Notes: a model not told the origin generated them from the sequence alone. Counted from the first letter of the whole stretch, positions 49,493-63,925 are shown. The stretch: DNA of 63,925 nt, filler included, from Octopus bimaculoides (GCF_001194135.2; 4 parts of 4 records of this genome joined end to end with filler, not necessarily neighbours in it); one strand, 5' to 3'. Numbers and translations are program-made.

Positions 49493-51091
49493 CTGAATGC
49501 TACCTTGATAAACTGCACAGATATCACTTTAATTTTATCAATCTACTTCGCAATCCTCTAGGAAAACGATTTAGTGTTAGCAGCAATAAAATCTGTTTTG
49601 TATTAACTTATATTTTAGTTCATCTTTCTGCGAATGTTTTTGGTTTTTGATTTTTCTTTCTTTCTGTTTTATCGATTTTGTTTTCCACTTCCAAATCGTC
49701 TTCAGTCGTGGAGTAAAGACGAGAAAATGAGTCTCTTTGCAAATTACAAATCATTTAAAATGCTATCAACGTGATGTTTTTTCTATCATTTTTATTTTTT
49801 GTTTTGCTTTATCGTTTTTTGCATTTTAAAAATTGTTTTCGTTTCATTTTCTTCTTTTGCATGCCAACAAATATATGAAAAGAAAAAAACGTAATACTGC
49901 GAATGATAATTTTAAAAGCATTTACTGCATAACCAATGTCGAACTGTTAATAAAATTCTCCAAGATACATGGAATCTTTCAAACTGCCGTGTGTCAGGAT
50001 CACAAAAATAAAAGAAAAGATAAATAACAGACAAAAGTCGTATTACACGATAAAAAGAGTGGACATTTAAGAAATGTATTTGTGTATGTTACCAGCCAGC
50101 GACAAAGCATTAAGGTGATCAATCCATTCACGAGAAATAGTAAGGAAATCAGTCATTTAAATAACACTGCATCTTCTAAAGCCGGGAAGGAAATATTTTA
50201 TAAAATGTTGACCCAAATAAACAAAAGGATACGGTGATCATAATTGGAACGCCTTTTATCAGATATCAATTCAAGCAGAACTGGCTTTTTGCTCAACAGT
50301 AATAATTTCTAAAGATATATTCAACGTGATTACTTGACTACATAGAAATATTTCTATTACAAGCCTGTTCAATCAGGTTTTTTTTTTAAATTTAAACGGC
50401 AACAACAGCAAAATTTTAAGACATTTAGCAACCCTTTCATTTTAACAATGTATGAGGAGCGATGTATTTAGAAAGTCGTGTTAGGCTGAGCAGAATTTCA
50501 AGTACCATAATTATTTTCTTTCGAGAGCAGACACCCAGTTTAAGATAACGATTTGGGTTGTTGCTGTCTCCCCAACTAGAAGAACGGACATTGATTTAAC
50601 GCATTTAACGCAGCTGTATTACCCCATTATACCATTAAAAATAAGAGTGAAATAAGAATAATTGACAAGTTATTATTATCAAAACAAAACCTCCTAATCG
50701 AAGTAAAAAATCTAACAGATCATGATATGTTCATAAATAAATTGACAAATTATTCCAATAAAAAAGATACGAAAATTAGAAAAGCTAAGACAAAGAAAAA
50801 CCATAAGTTGAGGTACTAAAAGACTCAATCATTAAAATAATGTTGCTTTGCGACAGACATAAAAGTAAAATATAAAAATAAACAAATTTATAACCGACAA
50901 AAATGAATTACAATTCTAGTCAATATATAGAAAATAGATTATTACGCTATGCATGGCATAAAAAATTACATAGAAAATAAGAAGTAAAGCAACAAAGCAA
51001 AAATCAAACAATGTGCATATCTATAGGACGAAGACCTGAGCTTGTTGGCCTTGTAGAAACATCAAAAATAAGCTGTTACATAATAATGATG

Positions 51092-51152
<61 letters not shown>

Positions 51153-51279
51153 TGCGCTGTATGTCTTGCACATATTCCTGTGAGGCGTGTGACTGCGATA
51201 CCCCTATCAGACTCGTAGTCATGATGGGTATACTGGGCTTCGTATATTTTACCCCAGTATGACTCTGATAGCATGCACT

Positions 51280-51347
<68 letters not shown>

Positions 51348-51383
51348 NNNNNNNNNNTCTCTATCTATCTCTCTCTCTCTCTC
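51153..51383 (+). mobile_element. Short retroposon 3' end between (TAA)n arrays, with (CT)n expansion
   Basis: Unique ~125-bp segment followed by (CT)n and (AAT)n. The context mirrors the Dong-like copies, but there is no coding sequence. Confidence 0.45.
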
Positions 51384-51454
<71 letters not shown>

Positions 51455-51469
51455 TAATTGTAACCGCCT

Positions 51470-51605
51470 CTGATTTAGACAGAAAGCCAGAGCTTTGAGG
51501 GGAGGGATTACTGGATAACAGCACACCCACATCTAGACTGGTACTTTATGCTACTTACTCCAAAATAATGAATGGTAAAGTTATCTTCGATGGGATTAGA
51601 AATCA
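51470..51605 (-). mobile_element. Decayed SINE family B
   Basis: GACTGGTACTTTAT...GGGATT similarity. Confidence 0.55.
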
Positions 51606-52655
51606 AAATGAATATATCGAAAGAGATAACGCATCAGTCTTTCATAATTCCAATACCGGAACGTTTATGCCAGTCCCCCTGACATTGCATTACCGATTAA
51701 TGGTGTTTGTCACAGGAGACAAGTCTTTGCAGACAGTACAAAGGCGAAATAAAAAGGAAATCAGTGAATATCAAAACAGTGGGTGATTTAGATGATATAA
51801 AATCGTGAAATGAACAATAAGAATAAAGATACGTAAATGATAAAACAGCAACAAACAGACATATCAGTACACATTAATAGAATACCAAAAAAAGATATAA
51901 AGTAAGGTTGCTGAACAGGGGGGAGAGAAATCACATACGCAGTTCAGGATGCTCCACAAACTTACTCGAGTAGCCCCTACACACCAAATGCAAGTGTCTT
52001 TTCCTTTTCTTACCGCCAACCTACAACCGCACAATGAGAAGATGCGTGTTTATTCACGCCGATATTTTGCCACTCTCTCTTGTGAACGTATGATTCTCAG
52101 TGAGATTTTAGATCTAGATATAAACCTTCCACCATCTCCAACTTACATCATCATCATCTAAAGATGGTTTTATTCAATTTTAGTTGTTCTGACAGTTAAG
52201 GCCAAAAGTTGGTTCCGCGTCAGTGAGTATTAGATGTGAGTGTAGGCCGACTGATATGGCTAGCAGTATTTACGCTCGATAGACTGAAAACAAATAATGG
52301 AACAGTGTGTGTGCAAACGTGTGCGAATACACATTTGTATGTGTGTGTGCTTCTGCAGGAGTGAGTGTATGTGTGTACAGAGAGCGCCGGTGAGACGAAC
52401 GAACGTATATGAAGACACTACGGTTCTCAAATACCGAGATGGAAGTGCGCACGCACACACACTCACGCGTGCGCAAAATATCTGTTGAAATAGGAAAAAG
52501 GCACATATACACATATACACACATACATATACAAACGTTTCTATGCGTAATTAATTACTTACATTCATATAAAGACACATACATAAAGAGACAGTATATA
52601 GTAGAAATGAATAAGAATACATGAAAAATATATATACAGTATGTATTTGTATTAA

Positions 52656-52712
<57 letters not shown>

Positions 52713-53014
52713 TACGTACTATTATGCATACGTATACAAACGCACAACACAAATATATATATGTATATACACACACACAAACATGTGTGTGTATGTTTGT
52801 GTGGGGGTGTGCATATATGCCAGGTGACACGCTTACCGTATCAGAGAGATGGGCAATCAGAGGTGTACGTGCATTTAACACTTACACAAACCACTCCTTC
52901 TACCCCCCCACACACACACACACTAACATTCACTCCTATATTCATACACAAGAAAACAAGCCCACAAATTTCATACACTGATATATTAGCATCGAAATAA
53001 AACCCACACAGAAA

Positions 53015-53049
<35 letters not shown>

Positions 53050-54796
53050 GTATACGCGCCATATACTCCTACACACACGCCTTTGTAGTTTTTAAGAATC
53101 ATTTATAAAAGGGAAACAGGAGCTTCCTGTCACGTTCAAGACGCAAATTCCTAAATAGAATTCCTACGTTGCATAAAAGACTAATATCAAATAACAGTGA
53201 AACAGTGAAATTCTACGATTATTAAATGGATAGAAAGCATAGCAAGACAAGATATTACACTGTAAGATAAATTGCATATAAGCTGCCAACGAAGTAATTG
53301 TAAGAATTGGCAGATAAGCACAAATAAATATCACGGAGTAAAACAGCGAAAAACATTTCGACGAGAATGAGGCAGTAAATATGAACGATATACGAATGTA
53401 CAAATGAATGGTGAAGGCTTCCGTCGTTTATTTGTTGTTTCTCCAATGAATGCAAGCAAGCATGTACGTATACATGGAATTAGATGTGTCACCTGGATAG
53501 TTACGTATGTGAGCGATACGTTATGGATACGTATGAGCGTTAGTGTGTGTGTGTGTGTGTGTACATATGTAGGTATGTATGTGTGTAAACATGTGCGTGA
53601 GTGTTCATTTACACATGCGCGTGTAAGTATATATTGGAATGTATATATATATATATAATTGCGTATTTGCATATATTAGTATAAATGAATATATATGCAT
53701 ATATATATATATATATATATATANNNNNNNNNNNNNNNNNNNNNNNNNNNNNNNNNNNNNNNNNNNNNNNNNNNNNNNNNNNNNNNNNNNNNNNNNNNNN
53801 NNNNNNNNNNNNNNNNNNNNNNNNNNNNNNNNNNNNNNNNNNNNNNNNNNNNNNNNNNNNNNNNNNNNNNNNNNNNNNNNNNNNNNNNNNNNNNNNNNNN
53901 NNNNNNNNNNNNNNNNNNNNNNNNNNNNNNNNNNNNNNNNNNNNNNNNNNNNNNNNNNNNNNNNNNNNNNNNNNNNNNNNNNNNNNNNNNNNNNNNNNNN
54001 NNNNNNNNNNNNNNNNNNNNNNNNNNNNNNNNNNNNNNNNNNNNNNNNNNNNNNNNNNNNNNNNNNNNNNNNNNNNNNNNNNNNNNNNNNNNNNNNNNNN
54101 NNNNNNNNNNNNNNNNNNNNNNNNNNNNNNNNNNNNNNNNNNNNNNNNNNNNNNNNNNNNNNNNNNNNNNNNNNNNNNNNNNNNNNNNNNNNNNNNNNNN
54201 NNNNNNNNNNNNNNNNNNNNNNNNNNNNNNNNNNNNNNNNNNNNNNNNNNNNNNNNNNNNNNNNNNNNNNNNNNNNNNNNNNNNNNNNNNNNNNNNNNNN
54301 NNNNNNNNNNNNNNNNNNNNNNNNNNNNNNNNNNNNNNNNNNNNNNNNNNNNNNNNNNNNNNNNNNNACACACACACACATACACACACATATATATATA
54401 TCAAAACTGAATATCGGGATTTTTCCGCATCCTCCATTGACCATTACACATGTTTAATTTAGTAATAGGAGTTTTAAAAAATTGTCACAAATATAGCACC
54501 TACATACAGATTGGGAATATTGGATATTAACGTATGTTTCAAAGAACGCTGCTTAGATTTTAACCCCATCTATATTGTATATATGTATATAGGTATGTAT
54601 ATATGTATATATGTATGTGTATGTATACACACACACATACGTATATATATATATAAATACACACACACACATCTATATATATATATATCTATATCTATAT
54701 CTATATCTATATAGATTATTGCATTATTATGATTGACCGTTGACTGAACACTATTCAATTTTTTTTTTCTCCGTGTTTTTCTCCTTGTCTCCGTAT

Positions 54797-54833
54797 TCTT
54801 TCTGTTGAAGAGCGTAGCTCGAAACGTCAAAGA
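54797..54833 (+). ncRNA. Minimal type I hammerhead ribozyme motif, best-preserved copy
   Basis: TCTTT-CTGTTGA-A-GAGC-GTA-GCTC-GAAAC-GT-C-AAAGA: 5-bp stem I, 4-bp stem II, palindromic ACGT stem III and a GUC site (cut predicted after 54828). Confidence 0.75.
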
Positions 54834-54886
54834 CTTTCCGTATTCCCGAGCGTCATACTAATATATACTTTTGTTANNNNNNNNNN

Positions 54887-54918
<32 letters not shown>

Positions 54919-55974
54919 CATAGATACTTACATATACACACACATGTATATGTGTATATATATTGCCGTGCTTCAAGGTGCCAATTTTTGTAGTCTTATT
55001 TATGTTCAGTATACGAAGAGTAATGCATGGTTAGATATGCGTCGATACAAAGCCAGGGGTTAGAAATAATCTCAATGAACAGGTTTTGCATATCACGATT
55101 GCGTACAGTATTCGATTATCTGTTGTTTATGTGGCATATAGGAGATATTTGATATGGCAGACAGCCTGGGGACGACGGCTTAAGTTATTAACCGGTGAAA
55201 GTTAAGTTGCATTAAGTATGCTCGGTATATCTCATATTTCGAGTCGATGTCTAAAATCAAAACTGCATTATGCGAGAGATTGAAAGATTCGAGAGAAAGG
55301 AATGTATGGAAATGGTTAGAGGAGAGACTTTGAAACCAGTCAGTAAGATGGAGAATTTGGGGATTCTTTCGGATCTGATGGACATATCTGATACGTTGGC
55401 AATGAATTCGAAAGCGCAGTAAAAAGAGTAAATGTATGAAATGCAAATATTATACCGAGATCTGGGAAGTGTAGAGCTCACAATGTGACGAGGTACGTCA
55501 CGACTCAGATGACCATATATTGAACTCATTAAAATCTTTGTCTTCAACGTGACCCTTTAAAACATTAGCGCAGTTGAAGACGATTTCAGTGCTCATCTTA
55601 TTCACCTATTCATTCTATCAATTATGAATGAGTAAATAAATAGTTGATCGAACAGTGACGAATAGCATCGAAGCGTCATTCACTTTAAACCTTGGCGTGT
55701 TTACAATTTCCAAAATAAGAACAACCAAAACGACGAACACCACAGGGTATAATGTATTTTGAAAACTAATATACCAGCTGGTCATATCTTGAAAGTCATT
55801 GATGGCAGATCGGATCGATGAGAGACTGACGAAGGGGTTAAACATCAGCTATAACCCGCAAGTTGTTTTGGCCAACTTTCAAATCAATCTTTTTTATTGT
55901 GTTCATGTTTCACTTGTTCTTTAATAAACTCCTTTATTTACTCATCATATTGTTTACCACGGCTCCATTCGTGC

Positions 55975-56140
55975 ACTACCACTACTACTACTACTACTAA
56001 TGATGGTGATGATGATGATGGTGATGATGATGATGATGATGTTGATGATGATGATGATGTTGTTGATGATGATGATGGTGCTAGTTGTGGTGGTGGTGGT
56101 GGTGGTGGTGGTGGTGGTGGTAATAATAATGATAAGGATA
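55975..56140. repeat. Compound (ACT)n-(GAT)n-(GGT)n microsatellite
   Basis: Directly visible. Confidence 0.95.
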
Positions 56141-56764
56141 AGAATGATATAATTAATATTTTATTTTCATTTCCCCTCAACTATATATTATTTTTCTTTG
56201 GTTTCTATTGAATAGTTATTTATAGATTTATTTATTTCATTTAATTAGGCTTCCTGGCAATCCATACCCTCATCTCATATATCGTCCCTTCATTCCATCA
56301 TTGATGTTGTTGCTGCGGCTTTTGCAGCTATTGAGACTGCTGCTGCGGTTGCTACTGCAACGTTGTTTATTCTCTATTGGTAGTGGTGGTGTTGACGGGG
56401 GAAATTTCGGTAGTGGTATTTTAATTCTTTAACACAACATCAGCCAAAAATATACAGACCTTTGAACAATCAGCGCACCAGCCATGACCGTCCCAATTAT
56501 TTCCTATAGGTGCGGAATCTAGTCACACTTTAATCATGTATTTTCTTAATCCATTACCGTACGAAGTGAGGAAGATTTGACAGCTATTTCTTGGTGGTAA
56601 AACCAAAATAAAGTTCCTTTATTACCTTGTTGGTCTTGTTCATGCTCTTTTTGTTACTGGTGATATTGGAGATGATAGTAGTAGTAGTAGTAGTAGGAGG
56701 AGGACGAGGAGGAAGAGGAGGTCGAGGAGGAGGACGAGGACGAGGACGAGGAGGAGCAGGCTAT

Positions 56765-57128
56765 GGAGGCGCAATGGCTCACTGGTTAGGACAGCCGTCT
56801 CGTAGTCATAGGATCGCGGTTTTGATTCCCAGATCGGGCGCTATGAGTGTTTATTGAGCGAAAGTACTTAAATCTCCACGAGGCTCCGGCAGGGGGTTGT
56901 GGTGAACTCTTCTATACTCTTTCACCACAACTTTCTCTCACTCTTTCTTCCTGTTTTTGTTGTACCTGTATTTCAAAGGGCCAGCCTTATCACACTCTGT
57001 GCCATGCTGAATATCCTCGAGAACTACGTCTGTGGAGTGCTCAGCCACTTGCATCGTTAATTTCACGAGCAGGCTGTTCCGTTGATCGGATCAACAGAAA
57101 CCATCGTCGTCGTAACCGACGGAGTGCA
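56765..57128 (+). mobile_element. tRNA-derived SINE family D, near full length
   Basis: A-box-like TGGCTCACTGG, B-box-like GGTTTTGATTCCC, and a body ending CGTCGTAACCGACGGAGTGC. Confidence 0.7.
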
Positions 57129-57149
57129 GTAGGAGCAGGCTATAGTAGT

Positions 57150-57176
57150 TTCAGTAGTAGTAGTAGTAGTAGTAGT

Positions 57177-57275
<99 letters not shown>

Positions 57276-57276
57276 T
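57150..57276. repeat. (AGT)n-(AGC)n-(AGT)n microsatellite
   Basis: Directly visible. Confidence 0.95.
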
Positions 57277-57874
57277 ATTTTTGTGCTGATGGTAATGAAG
57301 GTGACAGTGGTCGAAATATCAGTGTTGACGGAATGGTAGCGTTGGCAGTATTACAAGTTCTAGTTGCAGCAAGTGTTGTAGTAGGTCTTTTTTTTTTCGT
57401 TTAATTTCAACATTCTACATTCTCAAACCCTCCTCCTTCTACCTGTTTCCCCCTCCCCTTCCATCTCATTCTCCCCTTCTTCATCTCGTATTCGATTTCA
57501 TCGTTATTAATATTTCTTTCATATCATTATTACTAAAAGTTGTCTTATTAATACTATTCTTATTATTTATATGAAAAATATATTTGCTTCTTTCTTTGTT
57601 TAATCATGTTATTCTATTTCCCTTCTATTTGCTTATTTATTCATTTATCTATTTATCTATTTATTCCTTTTTATATTTTTTCATGATTATTTGATTCCAG
57701 TGTTTGTTATGGTAACTCTTCAATGAATATATTATCTTTATCACAATTAAATAATAGGGCGCTGGTGGTGGTTGGTGGTGGCGTTGATGAAGATTTGAGT
57801 AATAGCGGTGATGAGGATGATGGTGATGATGAGGACGATTAAAATGGCGCTGATAATCACGATGATGGTATTAA

Positions 57875-58080
57875 TCTTTTCTATTATAGGATGCAAAATC
57901 TTAAATTTTGTTGAACAATGTCAATCGTTTACATCGACCCTAGTATTCAGTTGGTGATTATGTTATTGGCATTGCAACAATGGAAGGCAATATCGACTTC
58001 AGCGGAATTTGAAAAGCCCTGAAGAAAAATTGCTCTTAATTTGTCTCTCAAGTTAACGATTCTTCCAACTAGCCTCATAG
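57875..58080 (-). mobile_element. Decayed SINE family B
   Basis: TACATCGACCC...TCGACTTC.GCGGAATTTGAA. Confidence 0.6.
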
Positions 58081-59672
58081 ATGATTATAGTAATTATAAC
58101 ACTGTAAAACAAAATTAATATTCATTTATTTATTTTGTCTTTGGTCTGTAAGTATTTTCCCTTTCACTGCTATATAGAAATCAAAGGAAATGACTACTGT
58201 TCTCTACGAATTATGCTTTTCTGATCTAGACATCAATGTTTCGAAACTTTCCTAAGTTGCATTACATTTCAGACAGATTCAGCGTTGAGTTGCTGAAGCA
58301 GAAATATCGGTATTGCAATTATGCTGCTCAATACCACAAATTTATTTGCCAGTTGTTCAACCTTAACCACTTGAGCGTTTCTCTTAGTGGCTGAATAATA
58401 TATGCATCTCTGAAGATGAGCAGGAGTAGTGAGGGTGCATCAACTCTATGTCTTGTGTCGGATTCTTTGGCGTTTAAATAAATGTAACAAGAGAAAATTT
58501 TGGAGGAAATATTAGCCATTTTTCATAGTTTCTTGGGGTAAGCAAATAGAAAATAACAGATGCGACCCAAGGACAAAAATCGTGTTACACAGTGTAATTG
58601 ATTCAAATTGTAGTAGAAGATTAGTACGGTATTGTTCGAAGTCGTTAGTCAATTATGATGTCCACAGCATATGGCAGGTATTTTATTTTATCGCCAAAGA
58701 AAAATATGTAAGATAAAGTAGATCTCGACAGGTTTTCAAGAGAGAAAGTGAAGAGCCTGAAGGAGTGCTGCTAAGCATTTTGTGTGACGGGGTACAGTTT
58801 CTTCTAAAAATTATAATGCTTTCAAATATTTGTACAGTGCTAGTAATTTTGCAAAAAGGGGAAGAGTCGGTGCAATTCAAATGAGTTCCTGTTTGCTACG
58901 TTTTTATGTGGAGCGTGGATAGCCGAAAGTCTAGGTTGATCGCAAAGGGATGTGAACTCCGAGTGCAATGTTTCAGGAAAACTACCTCAAATCATTTGTC
59001 AACTTAGTAACGTCTTCTGAATTAAGCACCGTTCCAGCAATTTTGTGGGAAGAGGGTTAATGAATACCAGATATGGACAACCATTTTCGGGAAGCTTGCT
59101 GTACTACAAAAAAAATGAAGGTAATATGTTCTTTGGCGTCCCATTCAAAATGTATGAGTGACTATAGTTGGTCCATGATTGATCTATAATATGGAGCACA
59201 GTTTTAAATTTCAATCACTGTTTTATTAATACCCCAGGTATGTAAGGCAGCCTTGATCTCGCCGTTATTTGATGCAGAAAGAAATTCTGCGTCGCATTCA
59301 ATACATCAAATAGTATGAGGAGGAAAAACGGACGAGAGGAGTAAAAATACATGGATAAGGAAAAAGAGGAAAGGAAACAAAAGGATAAAACAATTGTATC
59401 CATTTCAAATACATAGAAAATCTTAGGAGGGCCACATGTACTCTAACAGTGCACTAAATTGTATATTCTTATGCATAATCATATGCGTGTGTATGTATGT
59501 GTATGTGTGTGTTTGCACATATACTACAATTTCCGAATCTATGTGCATAACATATATCTAAATATACATAGATGAATGTGTGTATATGTATATTCGTATG
59601 TATTTGTGTCTATACACACACACACACACACACACACGTATATATATATATATATATATATANNNNNNNNNN

Positions 59673-59715
<43 letters not shown>

Positions 59716-60579
59716 CGTATGTATGTGTGTCTAAATATATATATATATGCATATGCATGTATGTTTAAGTGTGTATGTGTATATGTATACATACGTGCAT
59801 ATATGTTCATACATACACTAATACGTACACATCCACAGATATACGAGATAGATAACTATACAAAATTATGTAGTCCAACAGGCTTTTATCTCTGCCTACA
59901 TATCACTATATAAGGTCATATATGCAGATATATGTGTAATTTTGCGGGAGTTTTTTTTTTCTTTTTGTTTTGAAGTGCATGCAATTTTCCATAATGCTTA
60001 TGGTTTTGGGTTTATGTTTGCATACGCACGCCGATGTATAAATATCTTTGTTCCAGCGCGTGTAAATGTGCACGTGTATGTCCCCGCGTATGTGTGTTCT
60101 TGAATGGGTTTTGTGTGACAGAATTTACACATATTCGTATTAGTGTGCAATTGTATAGGTCTGTGTACGTGTATGTACACCTGTGTACACCTGTGTCCGT
60201 CTGCAGCATATTAGTTTCAATGATTATATCACAATTCCCTTGGCTTGTATCTGAATTATATTTCGCTCCCTATACAATATCTCACGTTAGAAACATCTAG
60301 TCGCATATNNNNNNNNNNTTTTTTTTTTTTTTTTTTAGTCTTATTTCATTTTCTTTCTCTCTCTTTATAAAATCCCCATTTCAAATGTACGAAGCTGATT
60401 CAGACAGCCATCCTGTCTCTCTGGCAACTTCCTTATTTTACCAAAAGAAGAATAAGAATAAATAAATAAATGAATAAATAATTTCTTACCATTGAGATGT
60501 TAATACAGAGTATTTGGCAAAAGTGAGCAATACCACAAAATAGGATTTAAAGGAACAGAAAGTAATAGCAACAGAAGAA

Positions 60580-60596
60580 GCACCAGTAGTAGTAGC

Positions 60597-60647
<51 letters not shown>

Positions 60648-60790
60648 GGTGGTGGTGGTGGGGTGTTAATGATGCTGGTGTTAGTTGTGGTGGTGGTACT
60701 AGTAGTAGTAGTAGTAGTAGTATGATGAGAGGAAGAGGAGGAGAGGAGGAGGTGGAGGGGCAGCAGCAGGAGGAGGAGGAATATTTCCTC
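60580..60790. repeat. (TAG)n/(TGG)n/(GGA)n low-complexity array
   Basis: Directly visible. Confidence 0.9.
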
Positions 60791-60911
60791 TCATTGGAAT
60801 ACCTTGACAGTTGACGGAGTCCGCTCCGGTGTGTGCTGAACACTGTATTCCAAGGAAACGAAATCAAATATGTGAAATGTTGATTTTATATATATATGGG
60901 AGGGTGAATAT

Positions 60912-61195
60912 GAGGCCGCATGGTTTAGTGATTAGGGTGTTGGACACACGAATGCAAGGCCGTAGTTTCAATTCCTAGACCGAGTGGTACGTTGTGTTCT
61001 TGAGCAAAACACTCCATCTTATCCTGCTCTGTGATCACGCCGACATCTGATGCGTGGCACATAGTGCACCTGTTCAGACGACGCTGGTTTGAGGGAGAGA
61101 GTGAGCAAATTTTATAACTATAAACAATTCATTTGTGCAGGTTGTTCGGGAAAAGTTGAACGCTCGTTCGTCATCTTTGACGAGTGAGTCCACCA
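60912..61195 (+). mobile_element. tRNA-derived SINE (family E, possibly related to C)
   Basis: GGCCGCATGGTTTAGTGATTAGG head, AGTTTCAATTCC B-box-like motif and GTGTTCTTGAGCAAAACAC. Confidence 0.65.
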
Positions 61196-62555
61196 TATTT
61201 CTATATTTATATGCACATACACACATTTATGAATATATACATACATATACATGTATATATATTTGTATGTATGTATGTATCTATGTATGCATGTATGTAA
61301 CTATGTGTGCATCTATAACAGTTAGCAAATTGTTACCACTTACCCTATTCATATTTATATACAAAATCTGTTCGTAACGATTGGGTATCTGCGCAACGCC
61401 GGGTATCTTTGTTATTATATATATATATATGCGTATGAAATCAAAAAAGACAGCGATAAAATATACACATACACACAAGTGTGCACACTACACTCACACA
61501 CACAATGTATATATGTGTGTAACAGAGGAAATATATACGTACATTATAAATGCACATTCATCATAATTAGGAAGTTGTTGTACATGTGCGTATGTGATGG
61601 TGCATGCCTAGAAGTTGTTTTCTTTCATTCTACAAAACTTAACGAGTTCTGATCAAATTATAGAGCTTGAGATATAAATTTTACTGAAATCAATTGAAAT
61701 AAAAGTATTACTCTACGACATTCCATCAGCAAAAATTATATTCCTTAATGTTATATTACCAAATATGTTAAATCGACGAAAAGAAGAAAAGAAAAAAGAA
61801 TTTTGGATAGAAACAGGAATATTTTCAGATCTAGTTATCTCGTGAACAACAGAAAAAAGCTAAAAGGAGAGAGAATAAAAATTGAAGATGATAAAACAAA
61901 GAAGCCTACACTTTGATTGATAGACGTTATAGAAAAAAATAGGTATAAATGTTCTCAAAAATGACATACTGTCTACCAACAAGAAAAAGGTTCGATTGGA
62001 TGTAAGTTACAAGCGTTTGACTTCAGAATTACGTGATGACCTCCGCCGCTTTATTACGGAGATTCATCATACTTTCCCTTGATTACCATCTTGTTACCTC
62101 TCTTTCATCTAGTTGATCTCAATATTTTTTTTTTATAATCCAGAGCTAACAGTATCTTCTATAAATCATCGTCTTTCTACTGCAGTTATTATATACCTTA
62201 TTCCACCTTACACTGGTACTGCGTCCCAGTCTCTGTCTTTCTCTCCATCTCAAATCACTTCATATATACTTTTTTTTAATAATAACAGTATATACTTGTG
62301 TGTATATATATATAGTTAGGTTCTTATATTTTTCAAAACTTCTTGTTATTTGTTTTGCATATTTCTTTATTTCTAACAGAATACAAATGTGCGTTCTCCT
62401 TTTCTAAGTAATTGGGAGATACGCAAAAATCTTTTACCTACATTCATACTTAAATAAATGTGTATATTCACACAAATCGGTGTGTTGTATAGAAAAACAC
62501 ACTTTCATATACATATACATTATTTCTGCAATATATACGCGTAACACACAAGTAT

Positions 62556-62594
<39 letters not shown>

Positions 62595-62674
62595 NNNNNN
62601 NNNNGTATATGTTTACATACATATATATATACATACATATGAATATATACATATACTACATATATACACATATA

Positions 62675-62719
<45 letters not shown>

Positions 62720-63641
62720 GTATGTATGTATGCATAATATATCACTATGAGTGTGAGCAAACATATAGAGATTTATATATGTATGTGTAAATATGAATAA
62801 TCAGAAAATGAGTGAAAGAGTTACATTAAAAACTGTTTATGGGTATGTGTGTATATATTTGCGCATATATTTGTGCACGTGTGCAAAGAATTTGAAAGCG
62901 TTTTCACCCACAAATCTAACGAGGTCTGATAAAATTATAGAGTTCTTGATATAAATTTTACAGAAATCAATTGAAATAAAAGTATTTTTCCAAGATAGAC
63001 TCGTGCTAAAAGTTTTGTTTTTTTTTTCAAATCTTATATTAACAAACACGTTTACTCAAAAGAAGATGTCTGCAGAAAATATGTAATATTTTAAATTGGA
63101 AAGAAAAAAATGAGATAATTTTATTATCGGTAACCCAAGGAATGTAAACTAGGTCGATAAATATGCTAGGAAACAAGCAAATCTTTTTATCTCCAAAATA
63201 CCGAAGAAAACTAAATGGTAACACTGAATAGAGATTATCGTATCATTATTTTCAAACGACGTTGTTTTTATGGCTGTCACAGTTTTCAACGTATACGTAA
63301 CCACAAAGTAGTTTGGCTTAATGCTATTATCATAACCCATGCGGTTAATGAAATAATTATTATCTTTATGACTATTATTTGTTGTATATTCGAAGTATTA
63401 TTATTAATGTTGTCCTAGTTATTGTTATGAATCTTATTACTGATTTCTTTCTACGCACCATACCTTGTAAAGTCTCTCATCATACTTTGATAGAACATGA
63501 GGGAGATTTATTTACAGGTATTCCTATCGTCAAGATGTTTCGTATTAAACATGTATCTCTTCAATTAGCTTTATTATTTTAATAAGATTTAGATTTCGAC
63601 GTAACTATGTTAAGATATTAATTGATAACCAGCTTACTAGT

Positions 63642-63885
63642 GCAGGCGCGTGGCCTGGTGGTTACGGTGTTGCCCTCCTTATTTCAATCCGTTCGTTGTG
63701 CTCTTTCGCAAAATACTTTGTATAAAGTTGCTCCCATCCAGTCAACTCTTGATAAATAACCTTGCGATGGACTAGCGTCTTGTCCAGGTGTGATGCGGTT
63801 ATCTCCGTCCCTTATACTTCATGGAAACCGGGTAACCGCCCTATGATCTCTAGCTAGCACTCGAGACATGGCGTTGATGATGACG
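63642..63885 (+). mobile_element. tRNA-derived SINE family C (V-domain-like)
   Basis: GGCGCGTGGCCTGGTGGTTA head, CCTTGCGATGGACTAGCGTCTTGTCCAGG and GGAAACCGGGTAACCG, then (GAT)n. Confidence 0.65.
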
Positions 63886-63925
63886 ATGATGATGATGATG
63901 ACGATGACAACGACGACGATGAGGA

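Noticed and set aside
49670-49700. Minus-strand CTGAAGACGATTT...AAATCGATA
   Set aside because: GAAA is broken and stems I and III cannot be formed.
55150-55560. Possible CR1-like RT remnant
   Set aside because: Only vague LGIL-type similarity with many stops; not supportable by eye.

Overview
Eukaryotic, AT-rich, repeat-saturated genomic window with many N gaps. The SINE families and microsatellite load suggest an octopus genome (inference). No host protein-coding gene could be supported, and most ORF-track entries are microsatellite or N-gap artefacts. The window is a transposon graveyard. It holds RTE LINE relics with a PHD-like finger inside the RT, several tRNA-derived SINE families, and Penelope-like (PLE) fragments (a GIY-YIG domain and a Naiad-like RT). 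It also has R4/Dong-type 3' ends inside (TAA)n or (CATA)n arrays, a FLYWCH-MULE, a maT/Tc1 element with TIRs, several MITEs (one Merlin-like with a perfect 8-bp TSD), and a candidate Helitron. The most interesting signals are RNA-level. Three dispersed minimal type I hammerhead motifs share a non-canonical CUGUYGA core in PLE-like ends. A ~265-300-bp tandem dimer carries one hammerhead-like fold per unit, resembling a non-LTR retrozyme. Three identical 44N-TTAATTAATTAA-44N cassettes are synthetic scaffold joins. Coordinates of decayed repeats are approximate unless a TIR or TSD is given.
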